From assembly GCF_009834535.1 (NCBI RefSeq), contig NC_045697.1, forward strand, positions 44,146,001 through 44,210,000: 64,000 nucleotides of DNA, in the 5' to 3' direction. The stretch comes from Camelus ferus. Its lineage: Eukaryota. Both the position numbers and the translations under genes were made by a program. Positions 34,401 to 44,885 of the stretch are shown here, piece by piece; position 1 is the stretch's first letter, and each line of letters starts with the position of its first letter. The notes under the pieces were generated by a model, which was not told the origin of the DNA, ran no database searches, and saw nothing but the letters and a program-made list of their open reading frames with translations.

Positions 34401-36543
34401 CAGAATTAAACATATCAAATGTGACTGAGTGTATGAGAAGTATTTTTGAGGTTAAAAAAAGATTCCTCAGTTCACCTGTATGTTTGCCTTCTGGCGCCCA
34501 TAATGTTCATGGTGTTTAATTTACAGTAACTATTAGACCTTGTCTGTAGGACACTGACCCATTGCTGCCTCCAGCCGGCCCTCCCTGGTGCTTGTGGATG
34601 TAGTGCAGTTGTACACACACTGCAAGTGAGTTTGCAGTACTCAGTGAGGTCCCACCAGCCCTCCAGTCTGCACACCCGGAGGAAGGGGCTCATCCTGTCC
34701 CCTCCCTGCAGCAGTAGATTACTTATCTCCGTTTTGATCATTTGTTCAAGTGTCTTGGTCTTAGCTATCACCATTTCTTTAAAAAAAAAATGAAGCTGTT
34801 CAATATCATGTCTGTAAGGTTTAGTGAAATGAGATGGGCCTAGTCCTTCAGATAAAAGTTACTGTTTGAATATAACATACCTGTTTTTCCTCTCCTGCAG
34901 CAAACGAAGAGGAAGCTAGATGATGCCAGCAAACGTTTGGAGTTTCTATATGACAAACTTAGGGAACAGACAGTAAGTGTGTAGAAAAAAGGATTTATGA
35001 TAATCATTTATTCTTGGCTGCCAGTAAAGTGTTTCGTCAGCACTTGCATGTAGTGTGTTTGGGGGCAAAGCAGTCAGGACAGTTATAGAATGGGCTTTGC
35101 TGTAACTGTCTAAACCAGTTTCAGTCACTGGGGATAAGGGGATGGGGGGTTGTGTGTGTGTGTGTGATTGAGATGGAGAGAGAAGTTTTAGCCTTTTTTA
35201 TAACAAAGAGCACATATACAAAATGGCCTGTGTTGGCCCTAAGGTAACTGGCCTTTTGTTCATTTTTATGTCCTTTAAATCAAGAAATAAGAGAGTGGAC
35301 AGACACTCTGTATTCCAGAGACCAAATCTGTAATCTTTCTCATAGTCTAAGACTCAGATCTTTTTCTTTTAGAAGAGCTATGACACAAAAGCACAGCCAA
35401 ATGTAGCCGCCAGTTGAGCAGATCAGTGTGCTGTAACTATGAAGACGGTCAGCAGTAAGGAGTAGACACTGTGTCTTCTGTTCTTTTGTCTCCCACCTCT
35501 CAATTCCTTTCTAGAACTGTTTTGTTAATGAAAGCACTAGGAGAGAAGAAAAGAATTGAGGCTTTGTCATGTTTTTGCAGTTTAGCATTCCTCTTCCCCA
35601 TTCCCCACATCAGTCCCATCAGATAAAAATAACCATTTATCTCCTGAGAACCAAACCAGAGAAAGTTGATATAACAGTGGCGTGGTCCATGGACTGATCC
35701 AAAGTAAAGTCTTCTCTAAAAAGTATGGGTGTGTAAGCCAAGTAATGACATGAAGAAACACAAAACTGTAGGTCTTATGGTTTTAAGAGATGATGGGATT
35801 ATAAAAAGCAGGTAAGAACTGGCAAATTGAGTACATGCTGAGGACTGTTGCCCTCCTAATGGAAGTGGACCAAAAGTGCAGGGTTTTTGTTGTCGACAGA
35901 CTGGGCCCTTACTTGGAGATGTCATGATGAAGAATCTTTAAACTCTTCCATGTGCATTTCATGTCATCCACAGTTGTGACTCTATATCTAAATTAATTGA
36001 AGAATTAAAGCTCTCAAGTGGAGAGAGACATTAACATTTCAGCTTAGGAGAGGAAATCTGACTTCTTTTCTAAAAGAAAAAGACCTGGCTTTACATACGT
36101 GTATAATTCATAAATAGTTTTCTTACATAAGTCATTTTGTCACGGTTCTGTTTTATGATTTAAGTGTTGCTTGGTCTGAGACGCCTTCTAGAAATGCTCA
36201 GCAGTTTGTACATTTTTTATGTTTATTTCAAGTGCCTCTCAAATATTGGCATTTAGTGTTTGTAGAGGGGTCGCATGTAAAATTCTCCGTTATTTTAATT
36301 CTTTGTCTTTTTTTTAAAATTTTTTTTCTTTAATTCTTTGTCTTGATCCCACCTTTATTTCAGCTTTCACCAACGATCATCAGCGGTTTACACAACATCG
36401 CAAGGAGCATTGAGACGCGAAACTACGCAGAAGGACTGACCATCCACACCCACATAGTCAGCACCAGCAACTTCAGTGAGACCTCCGCTTTTATGCCCGT
36501 CCTCAAAGTTGTTCTCACCCAGGCCAATAAGCTGGGTGTCTAA
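1185..36543 (+). CDS. SEC31A: SEC31A, COPII coat component; 5'-partial, 19 coding exons in window (end of WD40 region, ACE1/alpha-solenoid, proline-rich region, C-terminal helical domain)
   Basis: Hand-spliced exons give one continuous frame with recognisable Sec31A peptides (FGGKLVTF, DIDGLITQALLTGNFE, NWREALAAVLTY, GENPPPPGFIMHGN, GPQNGWNDPP, SAFMPVLKVVLTQANKLGV*). All introns are GT-AG and phases match. Confidence 0.98.
2317..2391 (+). CDS. SEC31A: SEC31A exon (75 nt) VNFEDDSRGKYLELLGYRKEDLGKK
   Basis: tcttttttaaaag|GTA ... AAG|gtaaac; in frame. Confidence 0.95.
3796..3834 (+). CDS. SEC31A: SEC31A small exon (39 nt) IALALNKVDGPDV, probable cassette
   Basis: tttttttatttcag|ATT ... GTG|gtaaga; frame-preserving. 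Confidence 0.9.
4297..4374 (+). CDS. SEC31A: SEC31A exon (78 nt) ALKDSDQVAQSDGEESPAAEEQLLGE, probable cassette
   Basis: ttttgtgtaccaaag|GCT ... GAG|gtattt; frame-preserving. Confidence 0.92.
6668..6743 (+). CDS. SEC31A: SEC31A exon (76 nt) RTEEEKQESEFLPSAGGTFNISISG
   Basis: ccctttccatctttag|CGC ... GGGG|gtatct; phase 0/1. Confidence 0.92.
7172..7350 (+). CDS. SEC31A: SEC31A exon (179 nt) (D)IDGLITQALLTGNFENAVDLCLHDNRMADA...SKITR
   Basis: ctttattgcag|AT ... AGG|gtatgt; phase 1/0. Confidence 0.96.
7711..7800 (+). mobile_element. tRNA-derived SINE (camelid Vic-1-like), young copy
   Basis: A box (tagctcagtga), B box (gggttcaatcc), A tail; perfect 18-bp TSD aagattatatatgtatag at 7693-7710 and 7801-7818. 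Confidence 0.9.
8662..8788 (+). CDS. SEC31A: SEC31A exon (127 nt) LITAVVMKNWKEIVESCDLKNWREALAAVLTYAKPDEFSALC
   Basis: cctttcccaag|CTA ... TGTG|gtaaga; phase 0/1. Confidence 0.96.
9744..9889 (+). CDS. SEC31A: SEC31A exon (146 nt) (D)LLGTRLESEGDSLLQTQACLCYICAGNVEKLVACW...PLSLQ
   Basis: tcttgatctatag|AC ... CAG|gttagt; phase 1/0. Confidence 0.96.
11411..11584 (+). CDS. SEC31A: SEC31A exon (174 nt) DLIEKVVILRKAVQLTQ...AFLPENTNQ
   Basis: long pyrimidine tract, tctcatttag|GAT ... CAG|gtaatt. Confidence 0.96.
12333..12528 (+). mobile_element. tRNA-derived SINE, long form with (TAAA)n and AT-rich tail
   Basis: ggggagggtgtagctcagtgg ... gggttcaatccccagt; tail includes aaacctaattatcccctcccc. Confidence 0.88.
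13974..14150 (+). CDS. SEC31A: SEC31A exon (177 nt) PNIVQLRDRLCRAQGE...TQQYYPH
   Basis: ttgcttcttatag|CCA ... CAT|gtgagt. Confidence 0.95.
16397..16489 (+). CDS. SEC31A: SEC31A alternative cassette exon (93 nt) VRIAPTVTTWSNKTPTALPSHPPAASPSDTQ
   Basis: ttgttcaattcag|GTT ... CAG|gtatat; phase 0/0 and open. The peptide matches a Sec31A isoform insert as I recall it. Confidence 0.88.
17168..17294 (+). CDS. SEC31A: SEC31A exon (127 nt) GENPPPPGFIMHGN...PPYPQPQ; contains the ALG-2/PDCD6-binding motif (NPPPPGFIMHGN, 17174-17209)
   Basis: catttcctag|GGA ... CAGC|gtaagt; phase 0/1; PxPGF type-2 ALG-2-binding motif. Confidence 0.96.
17700..17970 (-). mobile_element. Old L1 (L1MC-like) 3' end
   Basis: atagactattttttagagcggttttaggttcagagcaaa ... 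gtacattctatgaattttgacaaatgtata. Confidence 0.7.
18941..19282 (+). CDS. SEC31A: SEC31A proline-rich exon (342 nt; 297 nt if the internal donor after 19237 is used)
   Basis: cttggtgtag|CT ...; two ACAG|GT donors 45 nt apart (19237, 19282), both phase 1. Confidence 0.94.
20130..20310 (+). mobile_element. MIR SINE
   Basis: gtggtttagaatgcaggctttggaatcagac ... tgtgaccttgaataagttacttaac ... cctcggtttcctcat (MIR core). Confidence 0.75.
22144..22305. repeat. (CCTT)n/(CCCT)n pyrimidine microsatellite
   Basis: Directly visible. Confidence 0.95.
22403..22466 (+). mobile_element. Severely 5'-truncated young L1 3' end
   Basis: ctgtacaccagaaattgacacaacattgtaaactgactataactcaataaaaa; 13-bp TSD aaaaatgaca(g/a)gc at 22390-22402 and 22467-22479. 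Confidence 0.75.
23330..23386. repeat. (TA)n/(CA)n compound microsatellite
   Basis: Directly visible. Confidence 0.9.
23415..24125 (-). mobile_element. Old L1 (L1MB-like) 3' fragment
   Basis: Typical antisense L1M 3' text (aatattccactgtatgtatataccac, atatacccagaagtggaatt, tttgaggaaccaccgtactg). Confidence 0.8.
25165..25429. mobile_element. MER2-like Tigger/TcMar DNA transposon relic
   Basis: ataccaaaatctgaggatgctc ... atccttggttggttgaaaccgcagatg ... gactgta. Confidence 0.65.
26837..26875 (+). CDS. SEC31A: SEC31A small alternative exon (39 nt) (E)NQSMQDQASILE
   Basis: tacattttgtctacag|AA ... GAAG|gtgaac; phase 1/1 and open; resembles the ENQSIQDQAPMLE insert I recall from a human isoform. 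Confidence 0.85.
28000..28166 (-). mobile_element. tRNA-derived SINE, long form, antisense
   Basis: Reverse complement of the same SINE head (ggggattgaacccaggacctcgtgcatgctaagc...ctgagctataccc) with a T-rich tail. Confidence 0.88.
28502..28560 (+). CDS. SEC31A: SEC31A exon (59 nt) (G)PQNGWNDPPALNRVPKKKK; core of the Sec23/Sar1-binding active fragment
   Basis: atctgttatag|GT ... AAG|gtacta; conserved GWNDPP motif. Confidence 0.96.
29576..29833 (+). CDS. SEC31A: SEC31A exon (258 nt) MPENFMPPVPITSPIMNP...GAPIGNTIQ
   Basis: catcttttaaaag|ATG ... CAG|gtaaca. Confidence 0.96.
30830..31655 (+). mobile_element. L2 LINE 3' fragment
   Basis: cacttggatgtct..., cctaactggtct, and the L2 terminus gcctgatacataattggctcaatatgtttgaatgaatgaa. 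Confidence 0.7.
32201..32320 (+). CDS. SEC31A: SEC31A exon (120 nt) HVQSLPTEKITKKPIPDEHLILKTTFEDLIQRCLSSASDP
   Basis: tttctttcag|CAT ... CCT|gtatgt. Confidence 0.96.
32530..32710 (-). mobile_element. MIR SINE, antisense
   Basis: tttaatccttagaacagcc ... attttacagagaggaag. Confidence 0.55.
33760..34112 (+). mobile_element. L2 LINE 3' end, unusually CpG-rich
   Basis: Terminus tgcctggcacagagttggcactcaataaatac. Confidence 0.55.
34901..34972 (+). CDS. SEC31A: SEC31A exon (72 nt) QTKRKLDDASKRLEFLYDKLREQT
   Basis: tttcctctcctgcag|CAA ... ACA|gtaagt. Confidence 0.96.
36364..36543 (+). CDS. SEC31A: SEC31A terminal coding exon LSPTIISGLHNIARSIETRNY...QANKLGV*
   Basis: ctttatttcag|CTT; TAA at 36541-36543. 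Confidence 0.97.
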   Translation, partial: LSPTIISGLHNIARSIETRNYAEGLTIHTHIVSTSNFSETSAFMPVLKVVLTQANKLGV

Positions 36544-36934
36544 AGGACAGCTTCACGCTCAGCCAATATTGCCGTTTTTCCAAAGAAACATGTTTTAAAA
36601 AATAAGATGTGTGGACCAATCCTCATTAGCATGTTTCCATAGCAGCCAGTCAGGAACATTTACATTATTTCTGCAGATAAACTCACCTTAGACCTCCTCA
36701 GAACCCTGGTGCTTTCTTTTGTTTTCATCTTTTGTTGCCCGTGGTGATGATTTTCCTATTCTGCAAATAATGTATTTGCTGGATTACACATAGTACATTT
36801 TCCTGAAGTGTTCTGATAAAGTGTGGTTTTTGAAACCTCAGTTTACTTTTTGAAAAGGAGCCTTTGGTTATACATAAAGCAAAGCTAAAACTAAATCTCG
36901 TTCATGTCCGCCCTACTTTCTCCATGTCAATCAG

Positions 36935-36940
36935 ATTAAA
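36935..36940 (+). terminator. Probable SEC31A polyadenylation signal (ATTAAA)
   Basis: ATTAAA about 390 nt after the stop, followed by a GU/U-rich downstream element (ctgtttttgtgtttgtagtcttttttttt). Confidence 0.7.
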
Positions 36941-37179
36941 GTGTGTAATCCTGTTTTTGTGTTTGTAGTCTTTTTTTTTAAACAGCTACTCACAGTTTAG
37001 TTTAATCTCTGTTTTTTTGTGTCTTTGGCTTCACTTTAGTCCTGAACAAATAACTAAATCTAGAGGCTGCTACATAATTTTAAGCAAATATTAATGAAAA
37101 GTGGAATCACCAGCTTTAAGTATCTATAGGAAAAGATTGAGCATTTTCATTCTGTAGAATGCTTTGAACTTTTTCTATT

Positions 37180-37185
37180 AATAAA
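37180..37185 (+). terminator. Possible distal polyadenylation signal (AATAAA)
   Basis: AATAAA followed by U-rich sequence. Confidence 0.4.
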
Positions 37186-40100
37186 TGTTTTCAATATTCT
37201 ATTTGTTTTAAGATTGACTTGTCTCCATTTTATGTTTAGAAATTTATTCACCCATTTTTTGAAAGTTACCTATATGTCTGAGGTTTAAGTTCAGAAAGAA
37301 AACATGAATTTCTGTCAGCCTCCTGAATCTAAGCCAAATATTTTTCAGCCAGTATTTTGATTGATTTCATTATAATCTATCTTAAGAGCAGTATGGCAAA
37401 TAAGAGAGAATGGTCTTTTGAGAATCTTGAGGAGAATTAGATAATAATAATTTTTCATTGTTTAAACAATTTTACCTAAATGGGTTAGAAGACTAGAAGT
37501 TAAACACTGTGACGACCGTGGAGATAGAGGTGCTGTTTCAAGGAATAAGAGTAGTTCATCAGACTTCGCAGCCTGAGTGAAATAGTTTGCACGAACCTCT
37601 TAATTTCCTTTGCTGGGATTCCCTGCTTGCCAAATAAACCCCTCTCTCATAAATAAAACTAATTCAGTTTTTGTCTCAGGACAGTTTTATAACTAAGAAA
37701 AGGAGGACCTTGATAGCATGTGTGAGCACTGGAGCTTCTGGGATGGGGTGCCCCTCAGTCTCCTGGGAGTTTGGTGTCTAAGTCAGTCCTACGACTCACA
37801 GAAATGACAACTTGACCTTCTGGGCCTGACCTCAACTGTGGAGTCAGCCCAAGACCCAGTCTGAAGAGCAGGCTGGTCTCTGGTAATTTTTTGATGTATT
37901 GCCCTCATGGTTAGGATTTGTATTATGCCTGCATGATTACCTTGACATGACAATGGCATAATTGGCAGCATTTTACAGAGAAATAAATTCCCAAAAGATG
38001 AGAAACAAGAGTAGATGGCAATGGAGCCCTGACCAACCCCACAAATTTTACAAGCGTGAGCGTAGAAACTGTCTGCCACGAACGTCAGAGCGGCTGTTCT
38101 CCTTTTTCAGTGAAGTGTTGGGATTTTTTTTCCGTCTGTGGAGACATTTCTCCACCCGGTGAATAATTCTAGAGAAGTTTCATATAAATGGATGGAAGTT
38201 AGAAGAGCTGAACCCAAAATACTGTTCAGTCTCTGAAGTAGGAAGATAGGAGATTATGGAGAGTGGTTTGTTTTCCTGAAGAAAAGCGAACCAGGAAAGG
38301 GGTGTGAGGGAAACTGGTGGGCGGGCTGGGTGCTTGCTGTGGGATGGAGCAGGTCTCTGGGGATGTGCCTTTTTACACTGTGCCTGCTCCTCTCCACCCT
38401 GCATGGGACCTTTTGGTCTGGGTTGGATGCACTCTAGGCCTCATTTGAGAATCTTTATGTGTATGGGATACACTGCTGATGGAGGTAGTTGTTCATCTGC
38501 ATCATGTGGCAGCGGGAAAAAGTTGGGAACAGCTGCTCTACACCTGACTAGTGAGAGCCCAACAAGCCTGTGTATGTTCCTTTGGATTCAGAAAATTCCC
38601 TTGTATCCTGGAGGACAGAAAGATACAGTGGGATTCCTGGCAACCAGATGCACGCTAACCACTGCCTGAAAGAGAAAGGGAGGGATCGTGACTGGTTAGC
38701 ACTTTTCTGGTAACCACTGGTCTCCTGAACCAGACTTGGGTTCACCTGGGAATGACTGCAAGGCCATCTGTTAACTCTTCGGCCATGGTGGAGGTGTCAT
38801 TTGGAACCACCATGAAGATTGAGCAAATAGCACCTGCAACAAATACATATATACTCCCCTCTTTATTTTGTTGTTCCACGGCTGCAGTGGCAACATTTCC
38901 AAACATCACTTCTGACAAATCTGTAGGGGTGTTTGTCAGATGCTGAAGACGTCACAAGTAACATCTCATCATTCAGTGAATAAGGACTCTGTGCACAGGA
39001 AGTCTTACCTATTTGATCTTACAGATAAATGCTCCAAATCTTTCAACCAAACTAAATTACAAAGGAAAAGCAATCAAATTAGCTTTACAGTTCCACTTTT
39101 CCTGGCACGCTGGTGGTTTTACATACATCTCCTAACATCTATTCTGCCCACGGCTTTGGTGACCCGTCCATCGGCTCGGGCTCAGGTAATGTGGGGCACC
39201 AGTGAGATGATCGGGCTCAGGCTGCGCCGTTCTGAAATTTCCAGCTGTTTGCCCTTTCCCCTTATGAGAGGTATGGGTGTGTGGGTTTTAAGGTGTTGGG
39301 ACAGATCTTGAAAAATCTAATAAAATCAAACAAAAGGAAACAGACTTTGGTTTACCTGTGCTGCCTGTTTTTTGCGCTCTGGATTCATGTTTCCAGAGAC
39401 CTGTTACAGTGTTTAGCAAACAGTGTGAATGAATCACCTAGGATGACTTTGTACAAACGTCATTACCCAGTAGTGTCTGAGATCTTTATTTTAACAGAGC
39501 TACACTCCCTGTTGCATTTGAATTCGACTTTTGACTGACACTCTGCAGGTCTAGAAGCCTCCTGTTCATCAAGTAGGCCTGTCTCTGCTTTTATTGCTGG
39601 TGCCTTGTAATTTCCCAATCTGTGAGCTTTCTAAAACCACCTTTTGTTCTCGGTGGGCTTGCACCGTGCAGGTAGGAGGGGGAGTGATTTCAGAATCCTT
39701 GCGAAATAAAGCAAACCTTCCTATTTCAAAAAGACCCAAGAATTTGTTGGATTTTTAGTTCTTATATGTGAAGTTAAACTTAATGAAACTTAAAGCTCAA
39801 GCATATCTACATTATCACTTTATATTAGATTTCCCAGCTCCTGAAAGTAGCATCCTAGTGTTACTAACTTGGTTTCTTTACTTAAGTAAATATTTACAAA
39901 GTGCCTTATGCAGTTCAATAGAGACCTCATGTCCAAACAGATGTATTTCCAAGTCAGCAATGTAAAATCAATCAGTAGGAATCCTATCATAGGAAAAGAA
40001 TGGATTCAAATTTGATTAGAAGAGGAAAGTTCCAGACCTTTTTTTTTTTTTTATAAATAATGAGAGGATAGTGAGTGAGATAATTTAAGAGAGACAGTAA

Positions 40101-43100
40101 CGATGGCCAGGAAGTATGATCTGGTCAATGATGAAAAATCATTTCATCTTGTACTTTGTCCAAAAAAGGAACTACTCACTCTAGGAGGATTAGGATGTAT
40201 GGTGGATTTGAATATAAACACAGCCTTCAGTACTAAAGAAGGAAAGCAACTATCTCCCAACAGTGACCTAAAAGTAATTTGCTTTCCCTCTGGAAACATC
40301 TCCAAATGACAGATGAGCTTCTCTGAGCCCCTTTTTTGACTTGAGTCTTTGGGGAAAAGAAAACCAGCTTTCACGGGCTGGAGTCAAGTCCACAAAGAGT
40401 TCTCTCCTGGGAGGCACTGCTCAGACACACTGATGGAAGGCATCTAGCGCTCACCCGATCTGGGTACTGAGCGCCCTCTCACTCAGTTCTCACATCAGCC
40501 CAGGGAGCCTGGCACAGCCGATGAGCCATAGAAGCTGGATTCAAACCCAGGTCTCAGCCTAGTGAGAGCATCTCCCCCCAACCCCCTAAAAACCACATTC
40601 TTCCCAAAGTAAAGAGAACTGCTACTACAACAAAACTTGAGTTTGGGTTTCTGGTTTTGCTTTTTCTGCCCTACCCCTGCCCCCACCGCCTTAGCCTGCA
40701 GAGACCTGGCATTTCTCACAAAAGAGGAATGTGGTCATTATAAATGGGTACAATTACTAAGCATTGTGCGCTAGCTTCTTTTCAGGCAGGTTCTATTTCC
40801 ACGGTGGGAAAGATAGCCCCTGGCAGCCCAAAGCCTAATCTCCACTGCTTGTGATCCACAAAAGGAAGAGAAAACCTCTCACAATCTCAAATACAGCAGA
40901 CAAAGACATCTCGGTTGCCTCTGCCTGGATCTCATGCCCATTGCCTGCTCCAGTTCTGTGCTCAGAGATGTAGGGTAGCAGAACTGGCTGGCCCACGCAG
41001 TGCACTCACGCAGGTGAGCAGAGTGATTTTAAGCCCCACCAGAACCACATGGAGCAGTTCCCCAAAGGCAAGGGTTTAGTTCAGAGAAGGAGAGGGGAGA
41101 AAAGAGCAGGACAAAACAACCCCTTACCTCCTGTAGAGCACAACAGGGAAATCATGGTAGGTAGGGTACGTGGGTTCCAGACTAGAAGGAAGCCCTGAGT
41201 GGTCACAAAAAAGTGCTGGGGAGCCCACTTTATCCCAATTGCTATAACTGTACCTTCATGAGGGGCAGGGCAGAAGATCACCTATGTAAGAGTCAAGGAA
41301 CTGGGTTCTAGTGTCTTCTCTGCCACTTACTGTTGGTCAGATCACCATTTCTCCACCTGGAAAATGAGGGGGTAGGGCTAGATAATCTCTAATTTCCCTT
41401 CGAGCTCTGGAAGTCTATGACCCATCTGCCTTTCCCACATCGTCTTTGTAAATTACCTGCAAGTCTCCAGAAGGAATCAAAAACAAATTTGGGATAAGCA
41501 CCAAAGCTTTGATGACAGATGACAGAAACTCAGATCTATTTATATTTGGATAACTTTTTCCCTCCTGTAGAGTTAATTTCATTTTAATCCAGAGAAAAAT
41601 TAAAGCAGTTCTCTCCTTGGTTGGAAATGAGGAGGTGGGCAATAAAGCAATCCTTTATAATTTGAGGACTTGGTACAAATGTATTTGCTCGGCCTTGAGG
41701 TCCTTAAGTAGGGAGTCCCCCTCAGTAATGATGCACATTTCCATGAAACTGATCTTTCTACACACATGTTCCCCATATCAAGAATAGGTTACATTTGATT
41801 ACATAGAATCCTCACAATGAACTAGTTTTTTCCTCTGGTGCTGAAAATCTGGGTCACCCTTTTGACATTCCTGAACTATAATGACAAATGCCCCCTTCCA
41901 GCTAGAGAACCCCAGGGCCTTTGCCTTAAGAGCAGCCTGTGGTGATTGACACAGGAGGAAGAGAAAGAGGTCATTGAGACAGAAACAATGACAGCAGCTA
42001 ATTTTGAGAAGTTAATAAGAGCTTCTCTACATTTATCTGCCATTGGAAACCAAAATAACAGTCCTGAAAGCAAATGGGGTGGGTGTTTGTTGGGGGAAGG
42101 GAACTGGTCAGCTAGAAGCCATGTGGGTGAAAACCTTGTCAATACTGTCTTTCTGCTGCCACAACAATAGGGATTGTTCATTTATCTCAGCGAGCTGGGA
42201 TTTGGGAGGAGGGAGGGAGTTCAGTTTGATCTGTGGACCTTGTTTCTAGCCAGATGTTGGTCAAAGATGGATGTGGTGTAGGTATTAATAAATGTTCATG
42301 TACTGTGGCTGGGTCTGAAAAAGGATGATTCCTCCATAGCATTTGTTAGAATTTACGGCATACACTTCACATAGTCATTATTTGATTCCTGTCTGCCTCC
42401 CCTACCCAACAGCGAGTTCCAGGAGCACAGCCCTGCACTCCTCTTTCCTGGGCGCTGAGCTGGGTGCTTGGCTTCTACAGAAGGCTAAGGAGATAGACGT
42501 TGAACGAAGGAATGTTAATTGAGTCAAACTGAAAATAACTTGGAAAGATGCAAAGGGCAGCATGTCTCTGACAGGTGATATCACAGACAGGTTTGGGTTG
42601 GTTTCAATATTTCAGTGGGTTTTTCATACAGTAGACCCTCTCTTCTATGAATTAGGAAGTCAGGACCTTCAAATCTGGCCTTCTCTGATGCCAGTTTCCT
42701 GCTGTCAAATTGTAGCTCTCTATTAAAAGTGGTCAGAAAATGGTGGAAAGGTCTTAAGCAATAAGGCTGGAGTTTTTATATTTATATTTTTATAAATATA
42801 TACATATATATGTATATGTATATAACAAATGTTAAAAGAAAACCCCTCCCTCTTTTCACATCCAATGCAATAGAAGCATTCATTTCAGAGGAACAGGTCT
42901 CCCCTCGTCCACCGCTATAAAATCCAATGGAAAATTTTTCCAATCTATTTAGTACAGAAACAGGGATGCCAACCCTCCTGTGACTGAAGGAAGCTAAGAC
43001 CAATTTTCTATTAAGCCGAGATGTTGCTGTATCTCAAAACCAATCTTCCCATAACCTTGGAGGCTAACTTCCCAACTTTATGATCCCCGAAATCATTCTC

Positions 43101-44484
43101 ATCTAAAGCCTGTGAGTGGTTTTCTCACCCTAGCAGCAGAAAGATGTTTACATACGAAATTGTTGCCCATTCCTCTCATCCAAGAGGCAACCTCCCTCCT
43201 TCCCCGTTTAAATCCACAAGAGCAGCAGAGCTCATTCCCTTCTGAGCCAAAGGAGTTGCCTTAAATGATGACCTCTGATTAAGTAGAGCAGGAGACTTTA
43301 TTGCACAATTCCCTTCAGTGCACGTAGATCCTGGTACTACCAGAATTCCTTCCCTTCAGTGTCTGAATCCCTCTAGCCCACACAGCGATGTTTCTCTTCC
43401 CAGCCTGGGGCCCCAGAAGCACCGTGGCCAGGCAGGTTTCATAACTGTACGGAGTCTATGTCTCTAGTATGATTTAAAAACAATAAAATACCCACATTAT
43501 TCAGCACTTACTAGGTATCAAACACCATCCTGAGCTCTATTCCTGTGAGGTAGGTGGTATCACCAGTTTGCACATGAAAAAATTGAAGTTAGATTATTAG
43601 GCAAATTGCATGGAGAGTATTTCCAGCCTGGAGCTGCCTTAATTCTTCTATTATATAGGATGAAGCTGAAGATCTAAGAGACTGTCACTGTCCTCACAAG
43701 ATAGAGTACTCAGACTTGCTAATTCAGAGTTGGAAAGGCAAACTCTAACCTAAGTTTTCAGATGCCAAACCTGGGTCATTGTCACAGCCTTGTAATTTCT
43801 GTAGCCCCAAACCTAAATTTCCTAAAGAAAAGCATATGCATGAGAATCATTGTAAATCTCTAACTTCAAGAATGAATCTTTTCTTTCTCTTTACTTCCTC
43901 TCCAGAGCTTGCATTTTCTCCACAAATATTTGTTTACAATTAAAAAAAAAATCTTGTATTTACTTTTTGAAGGAATGCAAAATTAGGTATATACTTTGCC
44001 AGGCTCATTCCCATCTCTAAGCTTTTTCTTACAGTTTTCTAACTTGGAGTTCCTGTCAGATCAGTCTATCTTTCAGGATTTTGTTTGCTGCCACCTCCTC
44101 CGTGAAGCCCTCCTGACCACACCAGACCACATGCCTCACCATGCATCTCTCACACAGTTTTTATAGGTAGTGTTGCCATTCAACACTTTCTATCTTCTGT
44201 CATTCTTTCTATCCTCTCTGCCTAAAGCAACTTCTATGCCAAGGCACATACTGCTGGCTAGAATCTAGGCAGTGTGGCTCTGAAGGTTTTCTATCAGTAC
44301 ATCTCAGACCTGCTGTTTTGTAGTTTGTATTTATACTCCTGTAGCTGTTTACTGACATTTGACAGCTATTTCTTGTCCTTCTTTAAAAAGCATCCCCCAA
44401 CCCTTGGGCATAAAATTTTCTCCAGCTAAACCCAGACACCATCATGTGGGATTTCAAACTCCTGTGGAGGCACTGTCCAGATAC

Positions 44485-44885
44485 CTCACTGACGGACAAA
44501 TGGATAAGCAAAATGTGGCAAATAAATACAATGGAATATTATTTGGTCTTAAAAAGGAAGGAAATTCTGACACATTCTACAATGTAGATGATACTCAAAG
44601 ACATTATGCCAAGTGATAAGCCAGTCACAAAAGACTGTATGATTTCACTTTAGAATAGTCAAATTCATAGAATCAGAAAGTACAATGGTGGTTGCCAGGG
44701 GGTAGGGAGATGGAGAAATGGGGAGTTATCTCCCCATAGTTTCAATTTTGCAAAATAAAGACATTCTGGAGATTGGTTATACATCAATATGAATATATTT
44801 AACACTACTGAAGTGAACACTTAAAATGGTTAAGATGGTAAATTTTATGTTATGTGTATTTTACCACAATTAAAAGTTAAAAAAA
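44485..44885 (+). mobile_element. Old L1 (L1MB-like) 3' end
   Basis: aatggataagcaaaatgtgg ... aaaatggttaagatggtaaattttatgttatgtgtattttaccacaat followed by an A tail. Confidence 0.8.

Noticed and set aside
38911..38940. Hairpin tctgacaaa/tttgtcaga (similar short inverted repeats at 5611-5630 and near 29150-29175)
   Set aside because: 8-9 bp stems are expected by chance in 64 kb and are too short for a pre-miRNA; no snoRNA boxes seen.
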